64,000 nucleotides of DNA from Ignavibacteriota bacterium. Its GTDB lineage: Bacteria; Bacteroidota; Ignavibacteria; UBA10030; CAVZMI01. The notes under the pieces were generated by a model. That model saw only the letters and a list, made by a program, of their open reading frames with translations. It was not told the DNA's origin and did not search any database. A program made the translations under genes and the position numbers. The stretch covers positions 1 through 64,000 of the forward strand of contig CAVZMI010000008.1 in the NCBI GenBank assembly GCA_963776275.1, written 5' to 3'. The first letter of the stretch is position 1, and each line of letters begins with the position of its first letter. Of the stretch, positions 19,653-31,331 are shown piece after piece.

Positions 19653-19874
19653 AGCCAGGTTACCGAGTAGTCCTTTTCCGCTGAAGCGGAAAAGGACGTC
19701 CTTCGACAAGCTCAGGACAAGTATCGAGGTAACCACAATAGATTTCTTTTTAACCATTGATTCGGCCTTATAAGAGACGTTAAATATACTATATAGCCAG
19801 GTTCCCGAGTGTCTCAATCCGCTTGGCGGATTGATTCGTCCTTCGACAAGCTCAGGACAAGTATCGAGGGAAAC
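19653..19874. repeat. Two composite palindromic elements (19653-19734, 19795-19874)
   Basis: AGCCAGGTTACCGAGT..TATCGAGGTAACC and AGCCAGGTTCCCGAGT..TATCGAGGGAAAC, each containing GTCCTTCGACAAGCTCAGGACAAG. Confidence 0.9.
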
Positions 19875-19906
19875 TCATCGCGAGCATTTAAATAAATTCG
19901 AGTCCA

Positions 19907-21712
19907 ATGAACCTCATCCGCAACTTCTGCATCATCGCCCATATCGACCACGGGAAATCGACCTTAGCCGACAGGCTTCTCGAGGCCACTAATACCATTT
20001 CGGCACGGGAGATGATGGACCAGGTGCTCGACGATATGCCGCTCGAGCGCGAGAGGGGCATTACCATCAAGTCGCATGCCATACAGATGAAATATACCGC
20101 CCGCGATGGGAATCCGTACGTCCTGAACCTTATCGATACACCCGGCCACGTCGATTTTACGTATGAGGTCTCACGCTCGCTTGCCGCATGCGAAGGCGCC
20201 ATCCTCGTTGTCGATGCGTCGCAGGGAGTCGAAGCACAGACCATCAGCAATCTGTATATGGCAATTGAAGCCGGTCTCGAGATCATTCCGGTCATAAATA
20301 AAATCGACCTACCGAGCGCGGCGACGATGATCGATGTTGTACGCGACGAAATTGTCAGTCTCGTCGGCTGCAAGCCCGAAGAAATTTTAAAGGTCAGCGC
20401 GAAGGCGAACATCGGAATCGATGAGATCCTCGAAGCGATCGTCCGCCGGATCCCGCCTCCAAAGGGAGAGGTTGATGCTCCATTGCAGGCTCTGATTTTC
20501 GATTCGGTGTTCGATATCTACCGCGGTGCGATCGTCTATATCCGCGTATTTCAGGGAACGCTGAAAGAGCACGATCAGGTAAAATTTTTTTACAATGAAA
20601 AGACATTCGAGGCCGAGGAAGTCGGTATACTTGAAATGAAACGCGAACGCACTGGAATGCTGTCGGCAGGGAACGTAGGGTATCTCATCGCGAACGTCAA
20701 GGATGTGCACGATTCGAAGGTCGGCGATACGGTCACGCTCGCTTCGAATCCGGCCGAGCACCCGCTGCCCGGATATAAAAACGTCAAGCCGATGGTCTTT
20801 GCGGGAATTTATCCGACGATCACCGAGAATTTCGAGGAACTTCGCGACTCGCTGGAACGTCTAAGATTAAACGACGCTTCGCTCATCTACGAGCCGGAGA
20901 CCTCGACGGCTCTCGGTTTCGGCTTCCGGTGCGGATTTCTGGGACTCCTGCACATGGAGATCATACAGGAACGTCTCGAGCGGGAATATAATCAGTCGCT
21001 CATTACCACAGTCCCGAACGTCGAATACAGAGTAACAACGACAAGCGGTGAAGAGATGCTGGTTGATAATCCGGCTTTCATGCCGCCCGAAGTAAAAATC
21101 GTAAAGGTCGAAGAGCCGTTTATCAAGGCGACCATCATCACGCCGACCGAATATATCGGCAGCGTCATGAAGCTCTGCATGGATCGCCGGGGAATATACA
21201 AGACCACGACATATTTAGATCCGACACGCGCACAGATAGATTTCGAAATGCCTCTATCGGAAATCATTTTCGATTTTTACGATAAGCTCAAATCGATTTC
21301 ACGCGGGTATGCCTCGTTCGATTATGACATCGTCGATATGCGCGAATCGGATCTTGTGAAACTCGATATCCTTCTGAACGGCGAGCCGGTCGATGCGCTG
21401 TCGACGATCATATATCGCGATAAAGCGTACGATTGGGGTAGGCGATTGTGCAGCAGGCTCAAGAAGTTGATACCGAGGCAGATGTTCGAAGTGGTAATAC
21501 AGGCGGCGATAGGGGAGAAGGTGATTGCGAGAAATCAGATCAGCGCCATGCGCAAGAACGTCATAGCCAAATGTTACGGCGGAGATATTTCGCGCAAACG
21601 CAAACTCCTCGAGAAACAAAGAGAGGGGAAAAAGCGTATGAAGCAGGTGGGCAGAGTCGAGGTACCGCAGGAAGCTTTCCTCGCCGTATTATCAATGGAC
21701 GATACAACGTAA
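19907..21712 (+). CDS. lepA: Elongation factor 4
   Basis: [27 protein letters not shown]. Confidence 0.99.
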   Translation: MNLIRNFCIIAHIDHGKSTLADRLLEATNTISAREMMDQVLDDMPLERERGITIKSHAIQMKYTARDGNPYVLNLIDTPGHVDFTYEVSRSLAACEGAILVVDASQGVEAQTISNLYMAIEAGLEIIPVINKIDLPSAATMIDVVRDEIVSLVGCKPEEILKVSAKANIGIDEILEAIVRRIPPPKGEVDAPLQALIFDSVFDIYRGAIVYIRVFQGTLKEHDQVKFFYNEKTFEAEEVGILEMKRERTGMLSAGNVGYLIANVKDVHDSKVGDTVTLASNPAEHPLPGYKNVKPMVFAGIYPTITENFEELRDSLERLRLNDASLIYEPETSTALGFGFRCGFLGLLHMEIIQERLEREYNQSLITTVPNVEYRVTTTSGEEMLVDNPAFMPPEVKIVKVEEPFIKATIITPTEYIGSVMKLCMDRRGIYKTTTYLDPTRAQIDFEMPLSEIIFDFYDKLKSISRGYASFDYDIVDMRESDLVKLDILLNGEPVDALSTIIYRDKAYDWGRRLCSRLKKLIPRQMFEVVIQAAIGEKVIARNQISAMRKNVIAKCYGGDISRKRKLLEKQREGKKRMKQVGRVEVPQEAFLAVLSMDDTT

Positions 21713-21894
21713 ATATAACCCCGGGCGTGAGCCCGGGGATGAAAACCCGGGGCGTAAACCCCGGGATGAAAATATAGCCCCGGGCGTGAACCCCGGGAAT
21801 AAAAATATAGCCCCGGGCGTGAGCCCTGGGATGAAAATATAGCCCAGGGCGTGAGCCCTGGGATGAAAATGTAGCCCAGGGCGTGAGCCCTGGG
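21713..21894. repeat. 6 tandem ~30-bp REP-like hairpins
   Basis: AAAATATAGCCCMGGGCGTGAGCCCKGGGATG units between lepA and lepB. Confidence 0.95.
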
Positions 21895-21926
21895 TAGAAA
21901 CAGCCATATAGAAAGGCGCGCAACCA

Positions 21927-22832
21927 ATGCCATCGAAACAGAAGCAATCGAAAAAAGAAACCGAAAAACCAATAACGTTAACAGAAAAGACCATTGCATT
22001 CTTCCGGGAAATCGGCATAGTGCTGGTTGCCGTGCTTATTCTGAACAGCTTTGTGCTGGCTTCATTCGAAGTACCGACGGGCTCGATGGAGGACACGGTG
22101 ATGACCGGGGATTTTCTTTTTGTGAATAAATTTATATTTGGGGGATCGACCCCATATGCTATTCCCCTCACATCGATTCGCATTCCGCATTTTCGGATCC
22201 CGGGTTTCAGGAGCGTCCAGCACGGCGATGTGATCGTGTTCGACTGGCCGGGTGAGCGGGACCTGAAAGGTAAGCCGCCGCAGACCTGGTACCTGAAGCG
22301 CTGCGTGGGTTTGCCCGGCGATTCGATTGTCATCGTCAACCGCGTCGTATACGTGAACGGTCAGGTATTTCCCAATCCACCCGATCTCAAATTCCAGCGG
22401 ATGACGACTTTACCTGCGGACATGCCGCGGGGAGTGCTGTTCCCGCGTGGCTCGAATTTCAACGAAGATAATTACGGCCCGATCATCGTCCCCAAAAAAG
22501 GAATGAAAATCCAGCTTGATGCCGAAAATTTTTCTTCCTGGGACGTCTTTATCTTTCGTGAAGGTCATCAGGCGGAACTCCACGGAGAAAAAGTGCTTAT
22601 CGATGGAAAAGAGACCACGGAATATGTGGTCGAACGCGATTACGCATTTGGAATGGGGGACAACAGGGATGACAGCCTCGACAGCCGGTTCTGGGGGTTC
22701 ATACCGATGGAAGATATCATCGGCACGCCGATGATAGTCTACTGGTCATGGGATCCCAATCTCCCGATATATCAGCTGGTCGATAAGATCAAATCCATCA
22801 ACTTTGGACGCATCGGGAAGATAATCCGGTAA
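21927..22832 (+). CDS. lepB: Signal peptidase I
   Basis: VPTGSM, YLKRC, GDNRDDSLDSRFWG. Confidence 0.97.
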   Translation: MPSKQKQSKKETEKPITLTEKTIAFFREIGIVLVAVLILNSFVLASFEVPTGSMEDTVMTGDFLFVNKFIFGGSTPYAIPLTSIRIPHFRIPGFRSVQHGDVIVFDWPGERDLKGKPPQTWYLKRCVGLPGDSIVIVNRVVYVNGQVFPNPPDLKFQRMTTLPADMPRGVLFPRGSNFNEDNYGPIIVPKKGMKIQLDAENFSSWDVFIFREGHQAELHGEKVLIDGKETTEYVVERDYAFGMGDNRDDSLDSRFWGFIPMEDIIGTPMIVYWSWDPNLPIYQLVDKIKSINFGRIGKIIR

Positions 22833-22837
22833 CAGAC

Positions 22838-23770
22838 GTGGCCGATATAGAAAGTGCGCAGGAGACAACTCCGCAGGAAGAAGAACAGAAACCGGATGAA
22901 GATGTAAAGACCGGCCGGAAACGGCATTTCCGCGAATACCTTCAGGCCATTCTTTTCACGGTTCTTGTCGCTCTGTTCTTAAAAGCATTTTTCATCGAAG
23001 CGTTTCGAATTCCTTCCGGATCGATGGAACAAACACTCCTTGAAGGGGATTTTATTCTAGTCAATAAATTTATCTACGGTTTTAAAACACCGCGGACGAT
23101 CCCGCTGACGAATATTGCGATTCCCGTCTGTTCGATTCTCCCGATTAAAAATCCTAAGATAGGCGATGTGATCATCTTTGAATTTCCGGGAGGCCGCGAT
23201 GAAGTCACACCCGGCAGGTCCGAGACGTATATCAAACGATGTATCGGGACGCCGGGCGACACGGTCGAAATTATCGATAAAACCGTTCATGTAAATAATC
23301 GCGCTGTCACTAATCCACCCCTCATGAAATACCAGAGTTACGAGATACATCCCCGCGGTCAGACGAATTTAAGAATGTTCCCGCCGGGAATGGATAACAG
23401 CGAAGATAATTACGGTCCTGTCGTGGTTCCCAAAAAAAGAATGCTTATCTCTATCCATTACGACACGATCGATCAGTGGTATGTGTTTATCCGGCGGGAA
23501 GGACATACCGTTGAAATTCGCGGCGATAAGATATTCATCGATGGACGCCTAACGGATTCGTACACGGTAGAGCGCGACTACTTTTTTATGCTGGGGGATA
23601 ACCGCGATAACAGCCTCGACAGCCGGTTCTGGGGATTTGTTCCTTCTGATAATATCATCGGAAAGGCGATGTTCGTATATTGGTCGTGGGAGCAGAACAT
23701 CCCGGAATATCACTTCATCGATAAACTCTCATCGGTACGGTGGAATAGAATAGGAACAATCATAAGATAA
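22838..23770 (+). CDS. lepB: Signal peptidase I (second paralogue)
   Basis: IPSGSM, YIKRC, GDNRDNSLDSRFWG. Confidence 0.97.
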   Translation: MADIESAQETTPQEEEQKPDEDVKTGRKRHFREYLQAILFTVLVALFLKAFFIEAFRIPSGSMEQTLLEGDFILVNKFIYGFKTPRTIPLTNIAIPVCSILPIKNPKIGDVIIFEFPGGRDEVTPGRSETYIKRCIGTPGDTVEIIDKTVHVNNRAVTNPPLMKYQSYEIHPRGQTNLRMFPPGMDNSEDNYGPVVVPKKRMLISIHYDTIDQWYVFIRREGHTVEIRGDKIFIDGRLTDSYTVERDYFFMLGDNRDNSLDSRFWGFVPSDNIIGKAMFVYWSWEQNIPEYHFIDKLSSVRWNRIGTIIR

Positions 23771-23793
23771 ATCCCACATAGGAATCTGATTCG

Positions 23794-24969
23794 ATGTCAG
23801 GCCTTTACATACACATTCCATTCTGTGAGCGGAAATGCATCTACTGCGATTTCTACTCGGTCGATCAAAAATCTTCCATCGACAGATTTCTTGAAGCGCT
23901 GGAAACGGAAATTACCAGCACTGCATCTATCGCAAGAGAAAATAAATTCGGGACAATTTTCATAGGAGGCGGAACACCATCGTTGTTGACGCCGGCACAG
24001 CTCGAAAAAATATTTCATGTCTTGTCGAAATCTTATGTGATCGGAAGAGATTCTGAAATTACAATTGAAGCCAATCCCGGAACCGTTACAATAGAAAAAC
24101 TCCGGGACTATCGAGCACTCGGCATTAATAGAATCAGCTTCGGCATCCAATCGTTTCATGCGGATGAATTGAAATTTCTCGGACGGATTCATAATGTCGA
24201 ACAGGCGATGGAGTCGATCGGGTTTGCACGCGACGCGGGTTTTACAAATATCGGTATCGACATCATGATATCGCTTCCGGGACAGACGGTGAAAAAGTTG
24301 GAGTATTCGCTGGGGCGGGCGGTCGCACTCGAGCCCCGGCACATCTCTGCATACAGTTTGATTATTGAAAAAGGAACGCCGCTGTATCGCATGGTGGAAG
24401 AGGGGAAGGTGACGCCTCTTTCAACCGATCTGGATGCCGATCTCTATGAATTCACGATGGAATATCTCAAAAACCATGGATATGAGCATTATGAAGTCTC
24501 GAATTATGCACGGCCGGGATTTCGGTCGATACATAATTCGAATTACTGGAATCATACGCCTTATATCGGATTTGGCCCATCGGCGCATTCATTCTGGGAG
24601 GGAAAACGGTGGTGGAATATTGCGGACGTAGAGATCTACTGCGATCTTCTTCTGAAAGGAAAATCTGCGATAGCGGGGAATGAAATCCTCGGCCGGGAAC
24701 AGCTGCTGGAAGAGGCGATTTTTCTCGGACTTCGAAGCGGCGGCATCAATCTTCAACATCTTGTCGATCGGTACGGATTTTTCATGGCAGAGCCGGTTCA
24801 TTCCCTGTTTAATCGATGGATCAATGAAGGTCTGGCAGTGCAAAAAGGGGCACATATTCGTCTAACATCCCGTGGGTATCTCGTTTGCGACGAGCTCTGT
24901 GCACGGCTGATCGGACTGATACCGGCCCCACAAAATATTGCAAATAAACGATTTGTGACGTATATTTGA
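23794..24969 (+). CDS. hemW: Radical SAM heme chaperone (HemN-like)
   Basis: YIHIPFCERKCIYCDF, GGGTPS, YEVSN, HNSNYW. Confidence 0.93.
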   Translation: MSGLYIHIPFCERKCIYCDFYSVDQKSSIDRFLEALETEITSTASIARENKFGTIFIGGGTPSLLTPAQLEKIFHVLSKSYVIGRDSEITIEANPGTVTIEKLRDYRALGINRISFGIQSFHADELKFLGRIHNVEQAMESIGFARDAGFTNIGIDIMISLPGQTVKKLEYSLGRAVALEPRHISAYSLIIEKGTPLYRMVEEGKVTPLSTDLDADLYEFTMEYLKNHGYEHYEVSNYARPGFRSIHNSNYWNHTPYIGFGPSAHSFWEGKRWWNIADVEIYCDLLLKGKSAIAGNEILGREQLLEEAIFLGLRSGGINLQHLVDRYGFFMAEPVHSLFNRWINEGLAVQKGAHIRLTSRGYLVCDELCARLIGLIPAPQNIANKRFVTYI

Positions 24970-25006
24970 TAGAATTTTTTAACATCATCCTTATTCCGAG
25001 GTTCTA

Positions 25007-27767
25007 ATGGGACATCCGAAACTCAGCAGGTTCATAGCGGTCGGTATTTTTATCATCTCGTTGATAACATTCATTTTGACGGTACAATCAAGCGTTCCGT
25101 TCTGGGATTGCGGCGAATTTATTGCCACGACCTACACGATGGCCGTTCCACATCCCCCGGGGTACCTTTTTCCTGATCATTGGCCGTGTCGTGTCGATGA
25201 TACTTCCGTTCGTCGGAGATTTTGCGTTACGGATTAACCTCATATCGGTCATTACAAGCGCACTCGCGGTGATGTTTCTGTATCTAATCAGTGTGCGGTT
25301 GATTATACGCTGGCGAGGAATTCCGAAGACTACGATCGATTATCTCATTGTATACGGCTCATCGGTAATCGGTGCGCTCACGTTCAATTTCACCGATACG
25401 TTCTGGTTCAGTGCGGTCGAAGCCGAAGTGTATGCAGCGGCGATGTTTTTCCTTTCAGCGACGACGTACCTTATACTTCGCTGGTACGAGGAAGCCGGTC
25501 ATCCGGGAAACGAGCGTTATCTCTATCTCATTGCATATCTGATGGGCCTTTCACTCGGAGTACACCAGCTGAGTATTCTATCTTATTTCACAATTGGTTT
25601 GATTGTATACTACCGGTACAAGGAAGTGACGTTAAAATCCTTTCTTATCTATACGGTTATCATCTCGGCGACGTTTTTAATATTATGGCCCGGATTGATA
25701 AATTATTTTCCCGATATGCTTGATGGAAGTTTCTCGCTGGGGCCGATAGATGTTGAGGACAGCGATATTGTCCGATACATGCCTTTGATCATCTCGCTTG
25801 CGACTATCTATGGTGTTTACTATACATACAAACACAAAAAAAGAATTCTCAATATAGCATTCACATCCGTTCTTCTGGTGATCATCGGATACACGACATA
25901 TACGCAGGTTGTGATTCGTGCCGGATCGCATCCGCCGATCAACGAGAACAATCCGGATAACATGGAACGTTTTGTGTACTATATGAACCGCTCGCAATAC
26001 GGCGAGCAGCCTTCGATTACAAACCGTCGTTGGAGTACAGAACAGTATCACCAGCAGATGTACCTGAAATATTCGAGCGACACGGATTATTTTTTGAGGT
26101 ACCAGATTTATCATATGTACCTCCGGTATTTAGGATGGAATTTCGTAGGGAAGGCCGGCGATCTCCAGGATGCACCTGTCGTCGTATTCAATTCAGAAGG
26201 CAAATGGTTCGACAGTCCGGGATTTCCCAACCGTTATTTGGCAATTCCACTCATTATCGGCGTCCTGGGACTGGTATATCATTTCCAGAAGGACTGGAAG
26301 TTCGCGCTTGCATTTCTTGTACTGTTCGGTATGCTTGGGATTGTCCTGGCCGTCTACTTCAACATGGCCGAACCACAGCCGCGCGAGCGTGATTACTTCT
26401 TCGTCGGATCGTTCTTCGTTTTTGCACTGTGGATTGGTTTCGGTATTACGGCTATTCTGGAATGGCTCGAAAAAAATGTGAAGCAGTCGAATATTATCTC
26501 CCCCGTTACCCTTCTTGGATGCAGTGTGGCGATTGCGATGCTAATCCTTCCGATCAATATGGGATGGCAGAATTGGTACGATCATAATAGGCATGGGAAT
26601 TATATGCCGTGGGATATGTCGTACAACATGCTGCAATCATGCGAGAAAAATGCAATCCTATTTACCGGTGGAGATAACGATACATTCCCATTATGGTATC
26701 TTCAAGAAGTAGAGGGAGTGCGGACGGATATTCGCATCGTCAATTTAAGTCTGGTGAACACGGATTGGTATATCCAACAATTGAAACATGAACGACCTCA
26801 TGGTGCAGACACCGTTACCATTAATATGTCGGATGAGTCTATTAAACGTGTTGCCACCACTGGCGGGATGGCATGAACCTCGCAGAATGTCGATCTGCCT
26901 GTTCCGAAAGAAGTTTTTGAAGCGTACGGAGTAACAGACACAAGTATAATCAATAAAGGAAAAATTACCTGGACGTTGAAAACGACACTGGGGAGGAATA
27001 TAAATGCGATTCGGACACAGGACGCTATTATGAAGGAGATCGTTCTCGGGGCTAAATGGAAACGCCCAATTTATTTTGCCACTTCGGCTTCGGACGATGG
27101 AAAGATAGGTTTAGACGATTACTACGAACTCGAAGGACTTGCGTTCAAGCTCACACCCAAAAAACATAATTATGATAATCAGGTGAATGAAGCGGTTATT
27201 CTGGCTTCCGTTTCGAATGAACCCGCCATTCCTTCAAAGGAGCCCCAGCGCGGTTATCTTTATCGGGGTTTATCGGATGACAGAGTGTATTTCAACGAAC
27301 AGGACCGCCGGATGATTGTGAATTATCGGAATGCGTTTCTACGGCTCGCTATCTATTATAGCGGTCTGAATGAGAAGGAAAAGCTCTTTACCTTACTCGA
27401 TCTGATGGAAAAGAAGATGCCGCGCCGCATCTTCCCGATTATGTGGCAGCTTCAGGCGGATATCGCAACACTGTATTACCGGTCCGGGCACGTAGATCGT
27501 TTCAATGAATATGCCGCGGATGTTGAGACAAAGGCATGGGAAGTAGTACGTAGCGGACAGGGTAACCCGACCCAATATTATAATCCGTGGCGTGTCCTGA
27601 TCGAGATTTATGCTCTACGGAACGATATTAAAAGCCAGATCGACGTGCTCAATACACTGGTCGGGCAATATCCGAACGATGAAGGACTCAAAAAGCGGAT
27701 TAAACAACTTCAGGATCAGCTCAGGGCCAGCACTGAAAAACCTTCACAGCCTGAATCGAAAAAATAG
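25007..27767 (+). pseudogene. DUF2723 (TMEM260-like GT-C) membrane protein with a frameshift and an in-frame stop
   Basis: FWDCGEF..HPPG, then a frameshift near 25163; EAEVY, RERDYF, GDNDTFPLWY; TGA at 26874 with the same frame continuing to 27767. Confidence 0.85.
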
Positions 27768-27813
27768 CTGCGATGCAATTCAATATTTTTTAAACCGTGT
27801 GGCGTTATAGACT

Positions 27814-28584
27814 GTGAAGCCATCATCCAAATTACAATGGAATACGTTCTGGTCAGGAAAGCAGGAAGTCCGCGAAGTTTATTCCAACTCAGATCGTGTG
27901 ATGCGCAATCTTGTAAAGGTCGCCGATCTCCGCGGTAAGAAAGTCCTCGAGGTCGGAGCGGGTACCGGGCGCGATAGTTTCAATCTTGTCGGCCTCGGGG
28001 CCGACGTATACCAGCTCGATTATTCCGAGAATGCCCTTCGAATCATCACATCCATCGCACGGAAAGAAAATATTCCGGTTCATCCATTGTGCGGAGATGC
28101 ATTAGCACTTCCGTTCAACGATGAAACATTCGATATAGTATTCCATCAGGGACTACTGGAACATTTCCGGGAACCCGATGCTTCCAGACTTCTCAAAGAG
28201 AATGTCCGTATACTCAAACGGGGGGGATTGCTTCTAGTCGATGTCCCACAGCGATGGCATGTCTACACGATCATAAAACATATTCTGATTGCATTCAACG
28301 CGTGGTTCGCAGGCTGGGAGTGTGAATTTTCAATCGGCGAATTGCGGAAAATCTTCCTGACATTGGGATTGATCCCCGTATCGGCCTACGGCGAGTGGAT
28401 GTATCCGAGCCTTATGTACCGTTCTATCCGCGAGGCATTCAGATTTATCGGTATAAAACTGCCCCTGTATCCGGTCAAGATACCGGGACTTACTGCCGTT
28501 CGAAAATCGATGCGTGAACAGGCGATGCGGTCGTCGCTGCTGCTGTATACCGGACTCTCAATCGGCTTGATCGGACGGAAATGA
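27814..28584 (+). CDS. Class I SAM-dependent methyltransferase
   Basis: VLEVGAGTG, GDALALPF, GLLEHF. Confidence 0.9.
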   Translation: MKPSSKLQWNTFWSGKQEVREVYSNSDRVMRNLVKVADLRGKKVLEVGAGTGRDSFNLVGLGADVYQLDYSENALRIITSIARKENIPVHPLCGDALALPFNDETFDIVFHQGLLEHFREPDASRLLKENVRILKRGGLLLVDVPQRWHVYTIIKHILIAFNAWFAGWECEFSIGELRKIFLTLGLIPVSAYGEWMYPSLMYRSIREAFRFIGIKLPLYPVKIPGLTAVRKSMREQAMRSSLLLYTGLSIGLIGRK

Positions 28585-29645
28585 AAATCCTTATTATAGC
28601 ACTGTCGGGCATCGGTGATGCACTCATGTTTTCACCGGCGCTTCGGCTTCTTCGCGAGCGATATCCTGATGCAGAAATCGATCTGCTTGCGATGTTCCGC
28701 AGCGTCGCTGATCTCTATAAAAATAATCCCGACCTCACGTCGGTGATTTTCTGGGACTTCCTCCATGAATCGCCGATTAAATCTTTCGGCTTCGTTTACA
28801 GCGATCTTCGCTGTCGTCGTTATGATGTATCCATCAGCGTGTATCCACAGAACAGGCGGGAATATAACATTATCAGCGCCCTGATTCAGGCGCACCGGCG
28901 GCTTGCTCATCGGTACCGTCATCTCAGCCGGAACGGTTTAGATTTTCTGAATACCGATCTGATTCTTGAAGATGATGAGATTCATAACGTGGAGGAGAAT
29001 GTGAGGCTCGTCAGGAATCTTGACATCCGTTATCCGGAGAGTCTACCGCCACTGCAGATCAGCCTACCAGATTCCGATCGGGATTTTGCCGCACAATGGT
29101 TATATCAATCAGGAATCCCATCCGGGACGCCGCTCATCGGTTTCCATTCGGGATCGGCGCTCCTTAAAAATCATATCCGCCGCCGATGGAAACCCGAAAA
29201 ATTTGCAGAGCTCGGGAAAGAATTGACAGATGGTTATGGCGTACAGGTGCTGCTTTTCGGCGGACCGGAAGAATATGAGCTGAACGATCGAATAAATTCT
29301 CTGATGGGAGGGAAGGGGATAGTGGTACGTGTCGACGGAATTCTCTCTTCAATTTCAATCATGGAAAAATGTAGAGGATTTATCACGAACGATTCGGGTC
29401 TGATGCATATTGCTTCTGCAGTCGGACTCCCGGTTGTCGCTATTTTTGCATACACGAATCCGAAATGGGTTCATCCATGGAAAACGAAATACCGGATAGT
29501 GCGGCACGATCTGGAATGCAGTCCCTGCTTTTATTACTCACCCCGACCGGCATCCTGCAGATGGGACACCGACCAATTCCGCTGTATCGAGCATATCGAG
29601 GTGGATGAGGTTCTGCAGGCGGCGAAAGAACTGTTCTTCGGTTAA
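28581..29645 (+). CDS. Glycosyltransferase family 9 (LPS heptosyltransferase-like)
   Basis: GIGDAL, RRWKPEKF, NDSGLMHIA. Confidence 0.92.
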   Translation: MKILIIALSGIGDALMFSPALRLLRERYPDAEIDLLAMFRSVADLYKNNPDLTSVIFWDFLHESPIKSFGFVYSDLRCRRYDVSISVYPQNRREYNIISALIQAHRRLAHRYRHLSRNGLDFLNTDLILEDDEIHNVEENVRLVRNLDIRYPESLPPLQISLPDSDRDFAAQWLYQSGIPSGTPLIGFHSGSALLKNHIRRRWKPEKFAELGKELTDGYGVQVLLFGGPEEYELNDRINSLMGGKGIVVRVDGILSSISIMEKCRGFITNDSGLMHIASAVGLPVVAIFAYTNPKWVHPWKTKYRIVRHDLECSPCFYYSPRPASCRWDTDQFRCIEHIEVDEVLQAAKELFFG

Positions 29646-29775
29646 ATTCTCTTCTCCTCTCAGCTCCGGTGATATTAGGTTATAGCAAATCAATAGAATA
29701 ATTCATTTCTGAAAAAGAACATTAAGAAATGAGGAGCTTATTAAAGCTCTAAATTCTATGATAAAAGGAGTAAAC

Positions 29776-30351
29776 TCAGCAACAATGCCTGCCGGAATCA
29801 GCTGAAGCGTCTTGTTTGCCTTCGTCTGTGTAACCGGTTTGGACCAATTTGAAGTTGTCATTCAATTCGACTGTCGTGAAAGCTAAATAGAATCCCCGGT
29901 ATTTTGAATTGTCTCTATCTGATCCGGGGACCATTCGTTCCTCAAGTCTCTTATATTCGACAGGCAGTGCATAGGTTCCGATAGGATTCTTTTCTAACGA
30001 TTCCGATTTTATCCAGACCCGTTCACCTTTCAGCAAGGTTGCATTGCCGCCGCCCGTGTACGGCGCCGCCCATGCGGTTAGATAATGGACGGTTTGATCT
30101 TTTAACGATTCGTAGACATCCCCTTTTTGCGGATATCGCACGCCATCGGGAATTAAACTCCGCTCATACTCCCGCGCCCATATAATTTCTGTTGGCCCAA
30201 TAAACTTTCGTTTTCCCGCCTTCACCTCTTCTACCAGGTCGGAAATTTTAAGGTTCCAATCGGGCGGTCGTTTGGTTGCCTGCCGCTTGTACTTAATATG
30301 GAGGATCATTTTGAAAAGTCGTTGGGTGATGTTCATTTTATAAGACCCCAT
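29776..30351 (-). CDS. Hypothetical protein, possibly cassette-derived
   Basis: 191-aa ORF whose 3' end reads through an attC-like start. Confidence 0.6.
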   Translation of the reverse strand: MGSYKMNITQRLFKMILHIKYKRQATKRPPDWNLKISDLVEEVKAGKRKFIGPTEIIWAREYERSLIPDGVRYPQKGDVYESLKDQTVHYLTAWAAPYTGGGNATLLKGERVWIKSESLEKNPIGTYALPVEYKRLEERMVPGSDRDNSKYRGFYLAFTTVELNDNFKLVQTGYTDEGKQDASADSGRHCC

Positions 30352-30555
30352 TTTTTAGGTAAACGGATTGCCGTTATGCTGCAGCAACCTGCCCGCTGAA
30401 ATGTTTCTTATAGAGGCGGACTCATCCCGCTTGTCCTGTACGAAAGTACTGCTTCGCCAAACGAGTTCCGACCTAGTCGGGATGGGTCGAAGGATCAGCC
30501 TGAGTTGCTGTTTAGGCTTGCCCAGAAAGAACAGTGTTCTATCTAATTGAATGCA

Positions 30556-31104
30556 CTACACTGCCGGTTTCAATGCTTGATCAAGCACCTCAACGCATTC
30601 TTCGGCCGATACGACGCGTGTCACATGTCGCGCGCAGTCCTCTAATCCTTCAAAGATCAATTCGGTTTTCAGGGTCTCGATCACGCGATCCCAGAAATTC
30701 CCTACGACTACAATCGGCTTCTGCTGAATCACGCCTTTGTTCATTAACTCCCAGACGCAGGCAAACTCAAGGAGAGTACCGGTTCCTCCTTCAAGCACAA
30801 CGTACCCGTCTGCTCGTTTCACGAGCTCCATCAATCTGTCGATCATCGTAGGTACCTCGATTACCGTATCGATCCATTTATTGGGGATGCGGCTGAAGTA
30901 TTGAGTTACAATGCCGATCGTTTCGCCGCCTGCCTCCTTCGCCCCGTATGCTGAGGCTTGCATCGTTCCGCCGTATCCGCCGTTACAGACGATGTAACCT
31001 GCCTTCGCAAGTGCTCTGCCGATCTCATATGCGATCGTGTATTGTGCTGTGCCTTTTTCAGGCCGTGAGCTTCCGAATATGCTGATGATAAACTTACGAT
31101 TCAT
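30556..31104 (-). CDS. LOG family protein
   Basis: IFGSS, NGGYGGTM, GGTGTLLE; probable ATG at 31104. Confidence 0.9.
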   Translation of the reverse strand: MNRKFIISIFGSSRPEKGTAQYTIAYEIGRALAKAGYIVCNGGYGGTMQASAYGAKEAGGETIGIVTQYFSRIPNKWIDTVIEVPTMIDRLMELVKRADGYVVLEGGTGTLLEFACVWELMNKGVIQQKPIVVVGNFWDRVIETLKTELIFEGLEDCARHVTRVVSAEECVEVLDQALKPAV

Positions 31105-31331
31105 AATACTTTGGAAAGAATATTTCTGTCGCCTCGAGTGGTACGGTGCTCCCTTCTCAAGATCTGTTGAATTAAAAAAGCACTGATACAAAGGATGCAA
31201 ATGATCCGCAAAGGTCACACATTAGTGGGCAGATCAATCCGTAAATATAACTCCTTAAGAGTCTACGCCATAAAAAACTTTTTCCTTTTTAATTTTTACT
31301 TTTTACTTAGAAGCAGCCATTGAAATTATTT

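Noticed and set aside
21561-22339. Minus-strand ORFs with repeated peptides
   Set aside because: Artefacts of the REP array and antisense to lepA/lepB
21927-23770. Tandem lepB duplication as a novelty
   Set aside because: Both copies have normal catalytic motifs, and multiple signal peptidase I genes are common
26874-26876. Selenocysteine or alternative genetic code at the TGA
   Set aside because: TGA ends many normal genes here, no Cys-like catalytic context is evident, and the gene has a second lesion
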